Assembly (NCBI GenBank): GCA_017499595.2
Contig: CM039001.1
Span: forward strand, 3,720,001 to 3,784,000
DNA: 64,000 nt
Direction: 5' to 3'
Source of the DNA: Psilocybe cubensis
Lineage: Eukaryota
Positions 18,133 through 32,527 of this stretch are shown piece after piece; the stretch's first letter is position 1; each line of letters begins with the position of its first letter. The notes beneath the pieces were generated by a model, which saw nothing but the letters and a program-made list of their open reading frames with translations, ran no database searches and had not been told where the DNA came from. The translations under genes and the position numbers were made by a program.

Positions 18133-20726
18133 ACTGTAACATTCTCAAAGCTTGAACCTGGCTGACTGGCGAGACTCCGTCTTCTCAAGAACTCTTCGTA
18201 TCTAGTCATTGAGCATTTGCATTCTATGTATATCTGCTGTCGTATATCCTGCTTATACCCTCATTGTGTTTCTTTTAAGAATTACTCATCAGCACTACTA
18301 TTGCCATCTATAATATATATCAATATTGATAAAATTTTGTACTATCGTGCAGCAATTGAAACTCTTGGGCGTCGGTTTAGTTGGAGCGTGTCTTGGTGAA
18401 TGGTTATGAGGATGTGGCATTGCATGTGAATGGTCTTCGATTAGAAACAGATATGATGTGGGATGATAACGAAGGCCATCCTATATTTGAAGGTCGGTCA
18501 TTCGTATTGAGTCCGTTCATAGAAGTGGGTATTTTCGACCTCCCTCCGCCTTCTAAGTATCCAGATTATCATAAACGGATATTTACAATGTAGGCAAAAT
18601 TAAATCAGATATCCGTCATCGTCCGCATATGTGTGGGTATTATAGGTTTCTAATGTTGGTGCGATAGAGACCCGAGTACCAGACCGAGTCCCGACGGCCA
18701 TGTCATTAACGGGTTCATGCAAGATAGGGATTTCCTTGATACCTCCTTAGGTCCCTCTTCGTTACTTAGCGCAGACCATGAATTGGATATTTGCCGGAAA
18801 ATCTAGGTGCACCGTTTGCACATTTTGCTATTCTAAACCAATATACTCAGTTATAAAGGTTTTCCGTTCATAGGAGTGGGTGTCCCAAACGGGAAATGAC
18901 CAAAAAATGGAGAGAAAAAGAGAGAGACTTGTGATGCTTTATTTTTCTTAAAAGTTTGAAGAGAAATGACTTGAAAGTACTTGACAATATGTACGGATTG
19001 TCACAAACATAAATTTTGTGAAATATAGTGTGAAACAAGAGGCAAATTTTCAAAATTTTCGCGCTGACGCGCGTCCGAGAAATGGCCCGTGTAAACATGT
19101 ACCTTTTACTTTGTCTGTACTTTAAATTGATCTGATGTTTTTTACCTGGGTATTATTTACTTTATATATGATCTAGAATATCACTTAAAGAGCCCCCAAA
19201 AATCAAACCAGGATGCCCGTCGAGCGTGAATCAAGGGGTGCTCAAAAAAAAATTTGGCACACGGGGTTGTTTAATTTGGATAAGGACTCCGAGAACCCCC
19301 CTCCCCCTTCCTAAATTGGCAATAAGTAGTCACGTGCAGGTGCACATGTTCACAAATACTCTCCTAAATAAGTAAGAGTGCCAGACATTACTAGGGACTA
19401 GATGCAACGCCTGCGCTTTTTAATGCATTCATCATCAATACACATGCGTCCATTGTGCCCCCAATGTGTGATGTGGACAATAGAAAAATGGGGGAAGGGG
19501 ATAAATGTATGAAATGTCTGGTGGTGCACTTTCAGCTAGAGTTACTAGGGTAAGGATGCAGCGACTTACCTCTGCCAGCTATCAATATTTCCAACACCTA
19601 CTAAATGGCCAATATTTGAGTAGCAGAACGGCGACGGTTCACGAGGGTGGGTGTAATTGGAAAGTTGTTTGTTGATCGTGGCAAAATCGAGTGCGCGAGA
19701 ACGCGAGGTAACATGACAATCCGTGACTGTGACGAAATATGCACATGACACCCCTGATCATTGCTGCAAAATGCAACAAATCTGCAATGCAACCTGTAAC
19801 GACGACTGACGACGACCTTTAGAAAGCTGGAATAACAGTAAATTTACCATAGAGTGGTTTTATTACATGCACCATGCTTCAAAATTGGATAAAAACAATT
19901 ATGAAATTAAAACGACTTTTAATTCGGATAAGCCTGGTCTGCCCCCCCCTCCCCCCCCACCCTGTGTGCCGGCATTTGCCGGCGCGTACCCCTTGGCGTG
20001 AATTGAATACGGAAGTGCGCAAATGTGGCTGTGTTGCGGCACCTCGGCTGGCAGATAACATTGGAGGTGGCAGATAACATCCATACGTATTTATAGTCTC
20101 GGCCTCCCCATCCTCTTTCCGATAGGTTACCCAATATGGGTAACCCATTGTAAGACTCTGGGTCTCGCAACCAACGGTCGCAACATGCCATTGGGTTCGT
20201 GGGATCCAAAAGAGGATGGGAGGCTATGGGAGGCCAAGATCTAGACTACCTATGCTGATCGGTATCGTGCTCAGCCAATGCGGATGTCTAAAATGCCAAA
20301 GTCTTGTGTACATGTGAACTTGGCATTCAAGGAATAAATATATCTACCTACCAATCTGATCCCGTCCTCAAGCTATGACTAAAAGCAAGGGTTATATAAA
20401 TTTAAATGGTCTGAATCCCTTCAGGGAACACAGTGGAATATAAGAACAGGGAGCTTCAAAGCTCGTATTGTACCATTCCCAAGTTCTGGCACCTCATCAA
20501 GTCTATGATAAAATGGGCCCGCTTTCTCAACCAGTGTTCTGCAACTCCGCTTCAGAACTAAAGAAAGCACGGACAACACAGCGATCAGACGGTAATTCAG
20601 TGAGGTCAAGCCATCAAGGCGACGCATCGGGGGTTGATTCACTGTGCCAGATACCACCAAGGTTGGTGGTCAGTTTATCCAATCTTATCTGCAGAATTAG
20701 TGACGCCATTTTTCAGTGAACTGGCT

Positions 20727-21556
20727 ATGCGATACGCTCAATACTTCTGGATTGTGTTCTGGACCGTTTCTTGTCTGGGTACTCATCGTATTATCCGCAA
20801 ACGATGGGGACTCAGGGGGGATCATTCTTTCAAAGGTTTTCACGACCATGAGAGTTTGTGTCACCCTGCTGTTATTTTTCTAAACAGGATGCGGTGGTAC
20901 AACACGGTTAGGAAGATGTTCCGTCTCTGGAAATCTGTTTGGATCTGTCAGGCTGTTATTTTGCCGTGAGCACTATTCCTGTTCGGTTATCATTGCTGTG
21001 TCTGATGATCAGTATACTAGTCTTTCTGTTTCTGTTCTACAAATTGGAGGCATTATTTCCAACACGCTCACGAGGACTCTGGCCCTGGTTTCGATTATTT
21101 TTGCTTGTGTAGGTCTCCTAACAAGCGTCGTATATTCAAGTCAGAGGATAAAGTTTCAACGGACCGACATGGTAAAGAAATGGAAAAAGGTATTTATTGT
21201 CTTTAGCTATTCTTCACTAATTACAGCTGACATATGATCATCATGCTCAGGTTTTCCTAGACCTCGAGTCCGCAGAGTCGGTTGAATTTTGGGCATGTAT
21301 AGCATTGCCTTTTGCCTCTTTAATATGGTTCGCAGTAGCAGTTTTTTTTCCGATGAAACATGGCTTATGATCGTCATTGGAAAGGTCCACATTATTTTTC
21401 ATTTCCACCGCAATTGCCATAGCCTGGGGAGAATGCAAAACACCAAGCGACTCCTGGTCTCCGCCCGAGCCCGCTTTTTGCGCTAGCGGTGCCGCGGTCA
21501 CCCTTATCCTGCTCTTGTGCACCACCCAGGTTTATCGCTCTTTTGGAGTTTTCTGA
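20727..21556 (+). CDS. Hypothetical multi-pass membrane protein (paralog of genes at 30744-31908 and 37843-38969); 5' end uncertain
   Basis: Exons give MFRLWKSVWICQAVILP|LSVSVLQIGGII...TRTLAL...FACVGLLTSVVY...W|...FWACIALP|STLFFISTAIAIAWG...QVYRSF. Intron positions are shared with the paralogs. Confidence 0.6.
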
Positions 21557-22252
21557 CCATATACTATGGGGGTATACCAAGGTTTCAATCGTCTCTAAAT
21601 TTCTACTGTATTTAGCAAATGATCAGGAGAGCTCAGGAGCTTATCCTTCCGTGTGACTTTCTCTTTACATTTCATCTCTTTTTTGTGCTCGGGTGGTTCG
21701 GCCTTCCCCTACTATGACTAACTTTGCTGGATCTCTGTTTTTAATATTTATGATTTTTCTTGTAGTTCAGTAGTGGTTTCAAGTAGCTTTCTGACGTGGT
21801 TATATATCCATGCGTCTTCTATATATCATGCTATACTACAGAAGAAACTCTGCAACGCGTAGCTTATGACTTGGTAATGACTGTAATGATCAAGCTAATT
21901 TTAAGCGCCTTAAAGCGGCGCTTGCGTTTAGCACTTGGTTTCCCAGGGAACCGCCGGAAATCGAACATCCCGGTCACGTGCAGCATCAATTCATTAACGG
22001 ACCGACTTCAATGTTCTGTGTTTACTTTCTTCATCCAGCCGCAACGGCCAGCTGACCAGAAGCCTACCGAGTTGCTTCGCGAAGGAAGAAGACACTTTGC
22101 TGAATACTTAAAGCAAGTCGCTACAGTATAAATTTACCCATACTGCTGGCATCGCATTGACTTGTACACAAGTTGCGAGTTTCTTTTCGAATCTATTCGT
22201 GTATAATTTGTTAACGCGTTACATTGTTCCAGACAGCATTGTATAGCTACCA

Positions 22253-25200
22253 ATGCGGCAATATAAACGATTAACATTGTTAATATTAACAGCATTGGTT
22301 TCTCTCAATGAAGCTACAACTACACATCCACCTCCAGAATTTTCGATTCCAGACAATGCAGGACTTGACCTTGTAAACATGCTCATCGGAAATGGAGGGG
22401 ATACACCTAACGGATCAGGTGGAATGATACCCAGTACCGCACCACCATTTGGAATGACTCGTTGGGTCGCGCAGACGCAACCGCATTACGTTTCTGCCAC
22501 GCCTTACAACTGGACGCTGAACAAGGTGATGGGTGTGGTTGGGACACGCCAACCTGCCATCTGGATGGGGGAGAGCGCTCCCATTAGCGTCGTTCCAGGA
22601 GTCGGTCCGAATGTCGTTGTGGACTTTGAAGAGCGTGGTCTTGAGGTTCTTCGAGGGAGTGACGGTCAGAAGAATGAGGTTGTGAGCTCAGGGTATTACA
22701 GTGTCGAGTTGGATGATGGACACGGGGGGAGCATTACGATAGAACAGACAGCAAGTGCGTAACACTTCTCTCTCTACATTGTCTGCCAGAATAACTCACA
22801 GGCTGTCAGCCTCGAGGGTGGCACACCTTAGGTTTACGTTTGACTCCACGCTATCGCCCTACGTCCTCTTCGAGGTGTCCAGGCCCTCTGTAATTACCTC
22901 GACTCCGACAAATATAACGTTCCCAATTGGAAGCGTGTCGATCCCGGATGACTTGGAAGTTTGTGGATGGTCAGATGAACGGGAAGATAGTATCATCGCA
23001 CCCATTTCCACAGCACCCTTTTCAAAACATTTCAAAGGCTATTTTTGTGCTCGATTCGATAAAGGAACACCTAAACCGATCTATGGGGTTATTCAAAATG
23101 ATACCGTCTCGTTTCCGCACCCACAACACAAGGTTTCTCAAGGACCCTTGCTCAGCGCATATGCCCAATTCCCTCAATCAAAGACAAAAACTGTGATTAC
23201 TATGCGTGTCGGAACATCGTTTATCTCTGAAGACCAGGCGCGTAAAAACATCGACGCAGAAATTCCTGATTCCTCCCCTTCTTCAGCTGCGGACGCCCAT
23301 CTTATTCCTGGCACCTTCCAAAACACTGCATTCCAAGTACGAAAGTCTTGGGCTGATATACTGAGCCGCGTAGACCTTAAAGTATATATTGACGAAAATT
23401 CCAACAAAGGATCTCCTCGGGATTTTGTTGACCAGCAAGCCTTCTGGACCGCTATCGTCCACACACTTCAGGTATCCGTGTAGGCTTATAGTTTATATAT
23501 GGGGCTAAAGGAGTTTGCATAGTACCCTACTGAACAACATGAACAAGGCCAGTACTATTCCGGATACGATAATGCGGTCCACGTACTCGAAGAGGGCGGG
23601 GAATCATATACCGGCTACTCAATCTGGGTAAGGCATAAATACCTTTCCACAAACAGCTTTTCTAATTATTGTCAAAAGGACACATTCCGTGCGGAATGGG
23701 CATGGCAAATCTTATTTGTACCTGATCGCATTCCAGGCTTTGTCCAAAGCATGTTGGCAGATTACCAAGAGGTGGTGTCCAGATTTCTTTTTTCTTCAAA
23801 TATTTTTCAACTATTCCTAATTTTAGAGCGGGTGGTTACCCATGTGGAAAAATATAGTCGAGACTAACATAATGGTAAGTTAGGTGTTTCTTCTGTCGTC
23901 TTTTTAATCTTACGGATTGCAGGTCGGCACGCATGCAGATTCTCTCGTAGCCGAAGCCGTCTTGAAAAATATCACTGGGTTTGACCGAGAACTGGCTTGG
24001 GAGGCGGTTTGGAAGGACGCAACCGTCCCTCCGGAAAACGATTTGACAACGGTGTGAGTGCCTCTATTTCATGGTGAAATATTTTTTTCAATGATCGAAA
24101 CGTAGGTACGCTGATCGGGAGGAGGTATATAACCCTTTGCTTATATTTCGCCTTGCTGATAAACTTCATATAGCACGTCGATTACGAAGTCCGAGCCGGT
24201 CTTTCATCTTCATACGCCCAGAACGGATGGGTGGCAGATGACATTCATTCAGAAAGTGCATCTCGGACATTAGACTACGCGTGTACGTTTTCAGTGCCGT
24301 TTCCTTCAGAGAGTGATACTAATAGACTTCTGTAGACGATGATTATGCTGCCTACGTCCTCGCGCGGGAGCTCGGCAAACCAGAGAATGTGACAAACTTT
24401 CTTTTGGAGAGGGCAATGCGCGCACCGTTCACTTTGTTCAACGATGCGACTGGGTTTATGGAAGCGCGCAATGCTGATGGAAGCTGGGCCGGCGATGATA
24501 ATGGTTGGACTGAAGGTGCGTTTACACGACCGATGTGATGATACTGTAGGTGCATTTTCTAATCACATGTTGGTAGGTGACAAGTGGGCGTATTCGTTTG
24601 ATGTCGTCCATGACATCCCTACCCTTATCGAGCGCAGGGGAGGAAATGTGAAGTTTGTGCAGAGCCTGGATGATCATTTTAATGGCGGACACAATGACCA
24701 TAGTAATGAGGTGAGTTCCTTTCAGACGTGGTGCGCTCCGATCATCGGAAGTGTTGAGAGTATGACACTATGGCACTTATTCACAACGATCCACTAGCCA
24801 TCGCATCACATACCTTATCTATACGCTCTCGCTGGTGCTGCGTACAAAACCCAGGAGAAGGTCAGGGAAATTGCCGTGGCCAACTATAATAACACACCTG
24901 AGGGTTTGTCTGGGGTGCGTCCATCAATGTTTCCTCTGAATCCCAGGGAAATGAGCTGTGCTTTAAATACACTAGAACGAAGACTGTGGCCAAATGAGCG
25001 CCTGGTACATCTTTAGCGCGATGGGCTTCTATCCCGTAAACCCGGTGTCAGGAGAATACGTGGTCGGATCGTAAGTCTCCGTGGGCAGTATACAAAGACG
25101 AACGGTACTGAATACATCAATCAGCCCGTTCTTTGAGCGAATCACTATCGACCTCAACAGCCCGGCTAGTTCCTCTCAGTTGTCCCCCAAGTTGCTGACC

Positions 25201-25488
25201 GTCACAGCCATAGGTGCTAGGACAAAGCAATACATCAAGTCGCTAAAGATCAACGGCGTGGATGTGGACCAGCCCATAATCAAACACGAACAAATCGCTC
25301 AGGGTGCAGATATAGTATTTGAGATGAGTGACGAAATCCAGGGTTGGGGAAACAACGAAGCCATATTGAAGGCATTTGGTGTCGGAAATGAGACGAGCGG
25401 TGCACCACACGAGAAGGTGAGCATACCGGGCGACTCTGAGCCTAGCTCTGAGAGGAACGCTGATGCTTCGCTCCGCGATGAGCTGTAA
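22253..25488 (+). CDS. Secreted glycoside hydrolase family 92 (alpha-1,2-mannosidase), multi-exon
   Basis: Signal peptide. GGMIPSTAPPFGMTRW, SIWDTFRA, GWLPMW...ETNIMVGTHADS, SASRTLDYA, WTEGDKWAYSF, HSNEPSHHIPYLY, GLSGNEDCGQMSAWYIFSAMGFYPVNP. Confidence 0.95.
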
Positions 25489-26235
25489 CCAATGAAAAAA
25501 GTCTCTGTCGGTGGAGGAGTTGTTATTGGTGGGCTGGTACTTCAGCGCTTATAATTATGATGTGCATATATACCTATGGCGAATTGACTCGGTGTCAACG
25601 GAGCACAACTTCGCATCAGCGCTGTCATTGTGATGGAACGCAATGGACGGCGCCGATGGATACATCAAACCGCAAGTAACTGAACACCGCTGGGTTTGAG
25701 CTGTATTCCCAAGTAGATGATGTTCATCAGGATTATGGCAAATTTTTCTTTTTACTAGTCAAGCATTATAATATCGAAGAACGATGTGTACAAACTGAGT
25801 CTAACTTGCATTCTTTTTTTATCATGTTTGAATCTTGACAAATAGTCCGCCCGCAATACTGGTGACGATCAGGTAATAGGAAAATAAACTCCGTAAAATG
25901 ATGGTAGACAAGTGAAAATCACGCTACGAATCTCCTACACACTCCTGAGTTTTGCGGAAATCACCAAATCACATTGTTTGCATTAAATAGTAGAGTCAGA
26001 GGTGGACACTTTGAATTAGACGCATGGAGACAGAAACGGCGCCGTTGAGTTAGCTATGACACGTTATGAACCCTTAAGGCCTTAGAACCCGCATGTGAGG
26101 AAATCCTATACCCGATTGCGACGAGATCCTAGGTCTGCAACTGGCTGTCCCCTTATAAAAGGGACCCTCCCAACACGCGTCATTCCAAATCCCCTTTCCT
26201 TACCAGTCGAGTCGCTCTTAACTAGACTACTCAGC

Positions 26236-27050
26236 ATGACGTCTAGACATCAAGCATGTCCCGCAACGGGCCAAACCTATGAATTCTGTCCTGCTCAGGA
26301 AGGAGATAGCCGTTCGCCATGTCCAGCACTAAACGCGATGGCCAACCATGGATACATGTATGTGTTTTGGTGCCTGAGAACCGTCAAGTAGCTTCAGCTG
26401 ACAGTCAGATTATCTGCAGTTCTCGCGATGGTAAAAACATCGGTCCTCAAGACTTAGTTCGCGGGCTGAAAGCATGCTATGGATTGTCGAATCCATTGGC
26501 CTATTTGCTTGCCTATGTTGGATTCGCCATTATATTTCGCAAATTTGGGCGAATAAGCTTGTTCGAGCTTGGGAGGCATGGCAGAATTGAGCACGATGCT
26601 AGCCTTGTGCACCACGATACCCCTGCAGGCCTAGAATATGCTCCTATCGAAGTCGACCAGGGCCTCGTTAATGCACTCGTTGCGGACGTCAGGCCAGGAG
26701 CGAAAGAAGTAGAAGCAAGAGGTGAAGAATTCCTGATGGGTGTGGAAGACGTGGCTAGGGCGCGAGTTCGTAGGGAAGCAGAGTGTCGGCCTATCGGTTC
26801 AGTTTCTGCTGAAATTGCTCGTGGGGAGATGGCCCTCGTCCTCGGTATATGGGAGAAGAGTACAGGGATAAAGACAGGTGTTCCAGTGGAGTACATTCGA
26901 CGGTGGATCTCCGAAGAAAGGTTACCGGAAGGGTGGAAACCGGACCACGTTCAAACTCTTCTGGGTGTTGTGAAACTCGCGCGGAGCCTAAAGGCAGCTA
27001 CGGATAAGCTGCGAAAGGAAGAAAGTATAGCAAAGGCAAAAGAATCATAG
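26236..27050 (+). CDS. Heme-thiolate peroxidase (chloroperoxidase / unspecific peroxygenase family, short type), 2 exons
   Basis: DSRSPCPALNAMANHGY (proximal Cys PCP motif), then across an intron SRDG, IEHDASL and ERLPEGW. No signal peptide seen. Confidence 0.9.
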
Positions 27051-27635
27051 GAATTTTCGGACAGCAAACCACTATTTTCTTGAAGTTGCCTTGTAAATCA
27101 TATGGATGCCATAGATAATCTCCCTGCAAATCTCGAGTTTCGACAACTTGGACAAGGTTGTTGTTCTAAATTTCCATCAGGATAATTAGCTTACTTGTTC
27201 GCAATATCATTTAAGGATTCAATATTTATGATCAACGCTACTTGCCTCGTCTTGCCTCGTTGCAGGGCCCACCTCAGCATTCAACGAACTTTTGACAGAA
27301 AAGTGGTTTCTGGACCTGGTGGCATATGTGGATGTGGACCCTTGGTATAACGTGATCCGATACTGAAGATTTCCATGATAAAAGAAAACAAATATCCGCT
27401 GTGAACGAACCTTGGGTAGGTGCGAGGGCTTTGGCGGTCGAAAAGTGACTTGAAATCCCATGATCCGAGATCCTAAAATTGTGGGAAATTAATTTGATGA
27501 TTTGACTTCTGCAGCTACCACTATCAATAAACCGGACCTACTGATATACTTTCGACGATCCCTACTCTGTCGACATACCGAATACCTGCGACGAAACCAA
27601 TGACAATTTGATTTTATACGTTCTCTTGGATTAAC

Positions 27636-30405
27636 ATGCCCAAGAAGACAACGGCGGCCAAAGCAGCCAAAAAGGCAAAAGCTTTACAAAAAGTGGAGAA
27701 GAAGGAGACCAAAGACGCCTTGAAGGAAAAGGGAAAGTCCAAATCTAAATCTAAGAAAGGCAACGATTCAGATTCGGACGGCGATGATCTTGAAGGAATA
27801 CTGGAAAAGGTGAGTTCCTGGACAATATTGTCGAACAAATCAGCGGGATGTCAGACATTTCCGTTACTACAGATGCGTAAAGAATGGGAACTTGCACATA
27901 CAGTTACGGAGGAATTGGTTGAAGGTCCACCAAGCCGCAGAGCCAATGCGACTCTGACTGCATGCCCGAATGGCAATCACCTATGGTGTATTGGCGGAGA
28001 GTTCTTCGGCGAAGACGGAAAAGCTGTTGGTCCAGTTTTTACACTGTCGTACTGTCAATTTGGCTCACACTTTGCAGTACTTCTATAATGACACATTTAG
28101 ATATACTCCGGAGAAGGATGAATGGCGTAAATTCATTTCACCTACATGTCCCGGTCCAAGATCTGCACATGCTGTTGTAGCCTCACCTGGAGGAGGGGGC
28201 AAACTATTTTTATTCGGTATGTATCCTAATGTTCGCTCTGACACGACAGAAGTATTTAAGAGCTGAAGGCGGTGAATTTTCTTCTCTTCATCAGAATTCG
28301 TTCCACCATTATCGTGATTTCTGGTGTTTCGATATATCGACACACTCTTGGGAACGCATTGACACGAAAGTACGCCCTACAGCGCGATCTGGACACCGGT
28401 TAGTCATACCTAGTGCTAAAACTACGCGTTTTCTAAAGACGTTAACCAGTATGGCCGTTTGGAAGCACTTGATCATCCTATTTGGGGGTTTTTATGACCC
28501 AGGAATCACCAGTATGGCATTTATAAACTGTCTACTCCTCTAAATTAATTCAACAACAGCTCGGTATCTAAACGATCTTTGGGTTTTCGATACCCAAGAA
28601 TATAAATGGACTTTAATTGAGATGAAGTTGACAGACTCGAGGCCTTCGTATGTGTTGCATGACAATTGTTTCAAATTAATTGCTCATTTTATTTATTTAG
28701 ACCTCGCAGTGGTTTTTCTTTTCTACCCTGCGCTGACGGAATCGTCTTACACGGTGGATATTGTAAAGAATATGCTAAAGGAAAACGACCTGTAGGGATC
28801 ATGCTGGAAGATACCTGGTTATTGAAGTATGCGCTTCTTGACCGACTTAGTAAATCAAAGTTGCTAACAACGTACAGAATAACAGAGGAGACTCCTCCCA
28901 CGCCATCCACGAGCACAAAAACACCTACGACATCAACCAAATCGAAGCCCTCAACGTCAAAAAACTCGTTCAGTATGCCAACTTTCAAATGGGAAAAACG
29001 CAAGCGACCGTCGGACGCGTATGCCCCTTGTCTCCGTAGCGGTTGTACCATGACACTTTGGGCAGCGAAATCCATGGGTATTCTTTTTGGAGGTGTGACC
29101 GACGAGGATACGAGCGAGGAGAGATTAGATAGCGTGTTTTGGAACGACCTGTGCGATTTTTCTCATTTTTGCACCCACTACATGACTCAAACCCCTGTGC
29201 CATAGATACGGATATAATCTGAATGGGAAGGGTAAATGGATAAGCATGACGCTGAAGAAGCCAAAGGCGAAGGGCGGCAAGGGACAGGCGAAGAAACAAG
29301 TGAAGAAGAAAGACAAATGGGACAGCGATGATGAGGGCGACCCGTTGACCGAACAAGGGGCTGGGGGACCTGTGTCTTTACCTCCCGCCTCGGCTGACAA
29401 GGACATAGGCGTCGAAGACCCGCTCCTGACTGTTCCAATGCCTCGCTACAACACGATGCTCGCCGTGCTTAAAAACACGTTGTACATGTGCGTCGTAGCC
29501 TTTTACTCACCTCACGGTTGCTAAATATTATGAAAAAGATATGGCGGAATCATTGAGAAAGGGTCCCGCGAATACACACTAGATGATTTTCACGCTCTAC
29601 AGCTGGATAAAATGGAAAGATTCATCTGCTTGAAGAAACCTGAAGTGGTCATACCAGAAGGCGAGCAAGAAAGCAGCAGTGACGAAGATGAAGACGAAGA
29701 TGACGATGACGAAACGGAAGACGAAGAGGATGAATATGATGATGATGATGATATTGAGACTTTGGTCGGGGCAGATGAAACGTCGGAATTCAAGCTTGGC
29801 GAAGATATGGCCACGATATACGATGAACCTGAGGTCATCAAGAAAGTCGGGGCTGTTTTGGATTATCTCTCTCTCGCTGATGAGAATTTTTTGGACAAAG
29901 TATATTTTACCTTCTGCACGGCAGAAATAAAGATAATTGACCTTATTTTTAGCAGGATGAGAAACCTTCCGTGGATCCCTCGAAAGACGGGCAGGAACGT
30001 CCTGCGGAAGATGCTAAAAATACACCGCTCCCAGGAGAGACTCTGGCTATGTTTTACGCACGTTGCAGTAAGGATTTCACTTTTCCCTATTGAATAATTT
30101 TGTAACTATTGGAACATAGGAGACTACTGGACCCAGGAAGCCATGGGAAGTGACGATTTGGACCGAAAGCAGCTCCGTCGCGTAGCATTTTCTCTAGCGA
30201 AAGAACGTTACGGTATATGCTTTCAATACGTTTTTTGGACGTATCGATCACTGAATGTGGTTTTAATCGCGCAGATGAGTACAAGCCGATGCAAAAAGAG
30301 ATAGAAAAGATATTGGAAGAAGCTGGTCTGGACGAGGAGGAAATGAGGAGAGGTGCTGCCGCTGGACCGACCAACACAAGCGGCACAAGTCGAAATAGAC
30401 GATGA
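27636..30405 (+). CDS. KEL3: Kelch-repeat protein of the KEL3/KLHDC4 type with acidic tract and DUF4110-like C-terminus, multi-exon
   Basis: Lys-rich N-terminus, PPSRRANATL, IGGEFF, PGPRSAH, FGGEFSS...FHHYRDFW, PTARSGHRM, FGGFYD, LHGGYCK, acidic D/E tract, TPLPGETLAMFYAR...YW. Confidence 0.85.
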
Positions 30406-30743
30406 TTTGTATTGCAAGTTCCAGAATTTATCAATTTTAGTCTAAAGTTTACAATTTCTTCTGTCATTTCCTCCATGTTTTAACATTACAAGGTAAGTGG
30501 TTTATTGTATTGTTGCTGATGACGCACACTTTTTTCAGAACAATTTGTCTTTTTCATGGCATCTTTGATTTTTTTTTCGGGAACAAGGGCACGATAATCT
30601 ATTTAAATATATAGGATACAATATAGGTTATTGAAGCATCTATTTTTCTAGTTATTTAGTGATACAAATCCGACGTCTTTAATTGTCCGCAACAGTACAA
30701 AACAAAAGTCCCCAGTCCGTGTGTTCTCTTTGGAATTAAACAT

Positions 30744-31908
30744 TCACTTTGCGTGGATCTCTTTCATGGCGCTGTATATCTTATAGAAGGCATACATCGG
30801 AATGGCAGATACAAATGTAGCGCTCAATAAAAGTTCTCCGTATTGAACTCCTTTTTCCCGCTTACTTGCCCCATCAGGTATTGGGTTCAGAGCAAAAGCA
30901 ATACCCCAAATGAAGTATGCAACTGTGCCCAAAAAGAAGATGCCAGACCTGGATTCAAAAAGGTAAGGAATCAATCATAAGTTAGAATAAGCGCCGATGG
31001 TACGTACCATGACACAAAAGCGAAAGGTAATGCGACCAATTTCCAAAACTTGGCGTCGGGGTCCATTGCCTAACCGTAAATTAAAAAAGTAATTAGTGGC
31101 AGTGCGATCATAATTAAAATAGACTTGTTTTGAACTCACAGAACTCCTCCACGTTTCTTCCATGATCCGAGTTTTGATGAAGCGGTCTCTGGCCTGAAGA
31201 TATATGTGACTGGACACGAGGCTTGCAACTGCGAACAGTCCTGAGGATACAGTGAACATGCGGGGGACCAAATTCATGTACACGGGTTCGATTTGCAGGA
31301 TAACTGGTGCTGTACTAAAGTAAGAAAACAAACCCTCACGTTGATTTAGCTGAAATTTAACAGGGAGTGATTGACGTACCCAATCAAAAACAAAGATGCG
31401 AGTTTGATGGACTCCCATGCTTTGAACATGTTCTCCACTTTAAGCATGTATGCTGTACTGACAATATGTAGATTGTTGGTCCCCAAGTTGTCGATTGTGT
31501 CCATAGCATCATTCCCTTCCACACGGACGTAGCGAAAGTAGTAGAAAAATATTCTTGCCCCTGGATAAACTGGTGCGTCTAATAGGAATGCTGCAAGACG
31601 GCAGAGCCAAGTTGTACCACGCTGTAAAATATTGGCGGTATTGATTCTATATAGGGTGGATGTCAGTATTACAAACTAGAGATATGAAATAAAAATTATG
31701 CACCTGCTACGATGGCGGTGATCATTTATGTCAATATTGAACGGACTTTGGTATCTGTAAATATGCTAGTCTTTCAGCTCGTTGGAGAAATTACTTACTT
31801 CCCAAATGGTAGTGGCCTTGCCAAACCTCTGTCTGAAGAACGTTCAGCAGAAATAGGTGTTTGAGGAGCTTGAAGAGGGTTCGGAGTACTCGACTCTTCA
31901 TTGCTCAT
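30744..31908 (-). CDS. Hypothetical multi-pass membrane protein (paralog family), multi-exon
   Basis: Spliced frame gives VENMFKAWESIKLASLFLIG|TAPVILQIEPVYMNLVPRMFTVSSGLFAVASLVSSHIY...W...|SGIFFLGTVAYFIWG...KIYSAM. Confidence 0.6.
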
Positions 31909-32527
31909 CGCCCAAGTCTTGATAAGAGGTGGATGAAGATCTTTTGGAGAACAAAACGAATGTCGAAACATGTAGCTACAAGTTGCTTTTATTTATTGAT
32001 GAGTAGGTAAGAAAAAGCAAGGGGCCCAGTAACAAATAACGGGGTAATAGGAATGTCTCGCTTGCTTTTCATATGCCAATTCGTTTACCCTTTACCCTTG
32101 CACACATCTGGCAGTTTTTTTCACTGTGTGCCGGGGTAGACCGAATTCGTTTTATGTATTCACTTTTACACAGTATAATCCGTCTACATTCGAGTCATTG
32201 ATCTATAAATAAACGTGTTAGACGCCCATTGCGGCAGTGCTTGAAGTCGGGAAAATCAAGCACCGGCCATGGTAAGATTTACATAGCCCAACTTTATAGA
32301 GCCAAACCCCATGCCCACAGCTAGAATGAGGTTAATACTTTGAAACATCCACCCGTAGTGGCGTTTTTCCTCACCAACTCCTCGACGGCGATAAAGTGTA
32401 TTGTAATTGGGCGTTTAACATGTATTGCTCATCACTCCGAACCAACCGGCTTGCTAGGCATAATAAAACACATTCGCAATATATTTGTACAACCACCAAC
32501 TTATATTCCCTCTTTCTAAAACTACAA

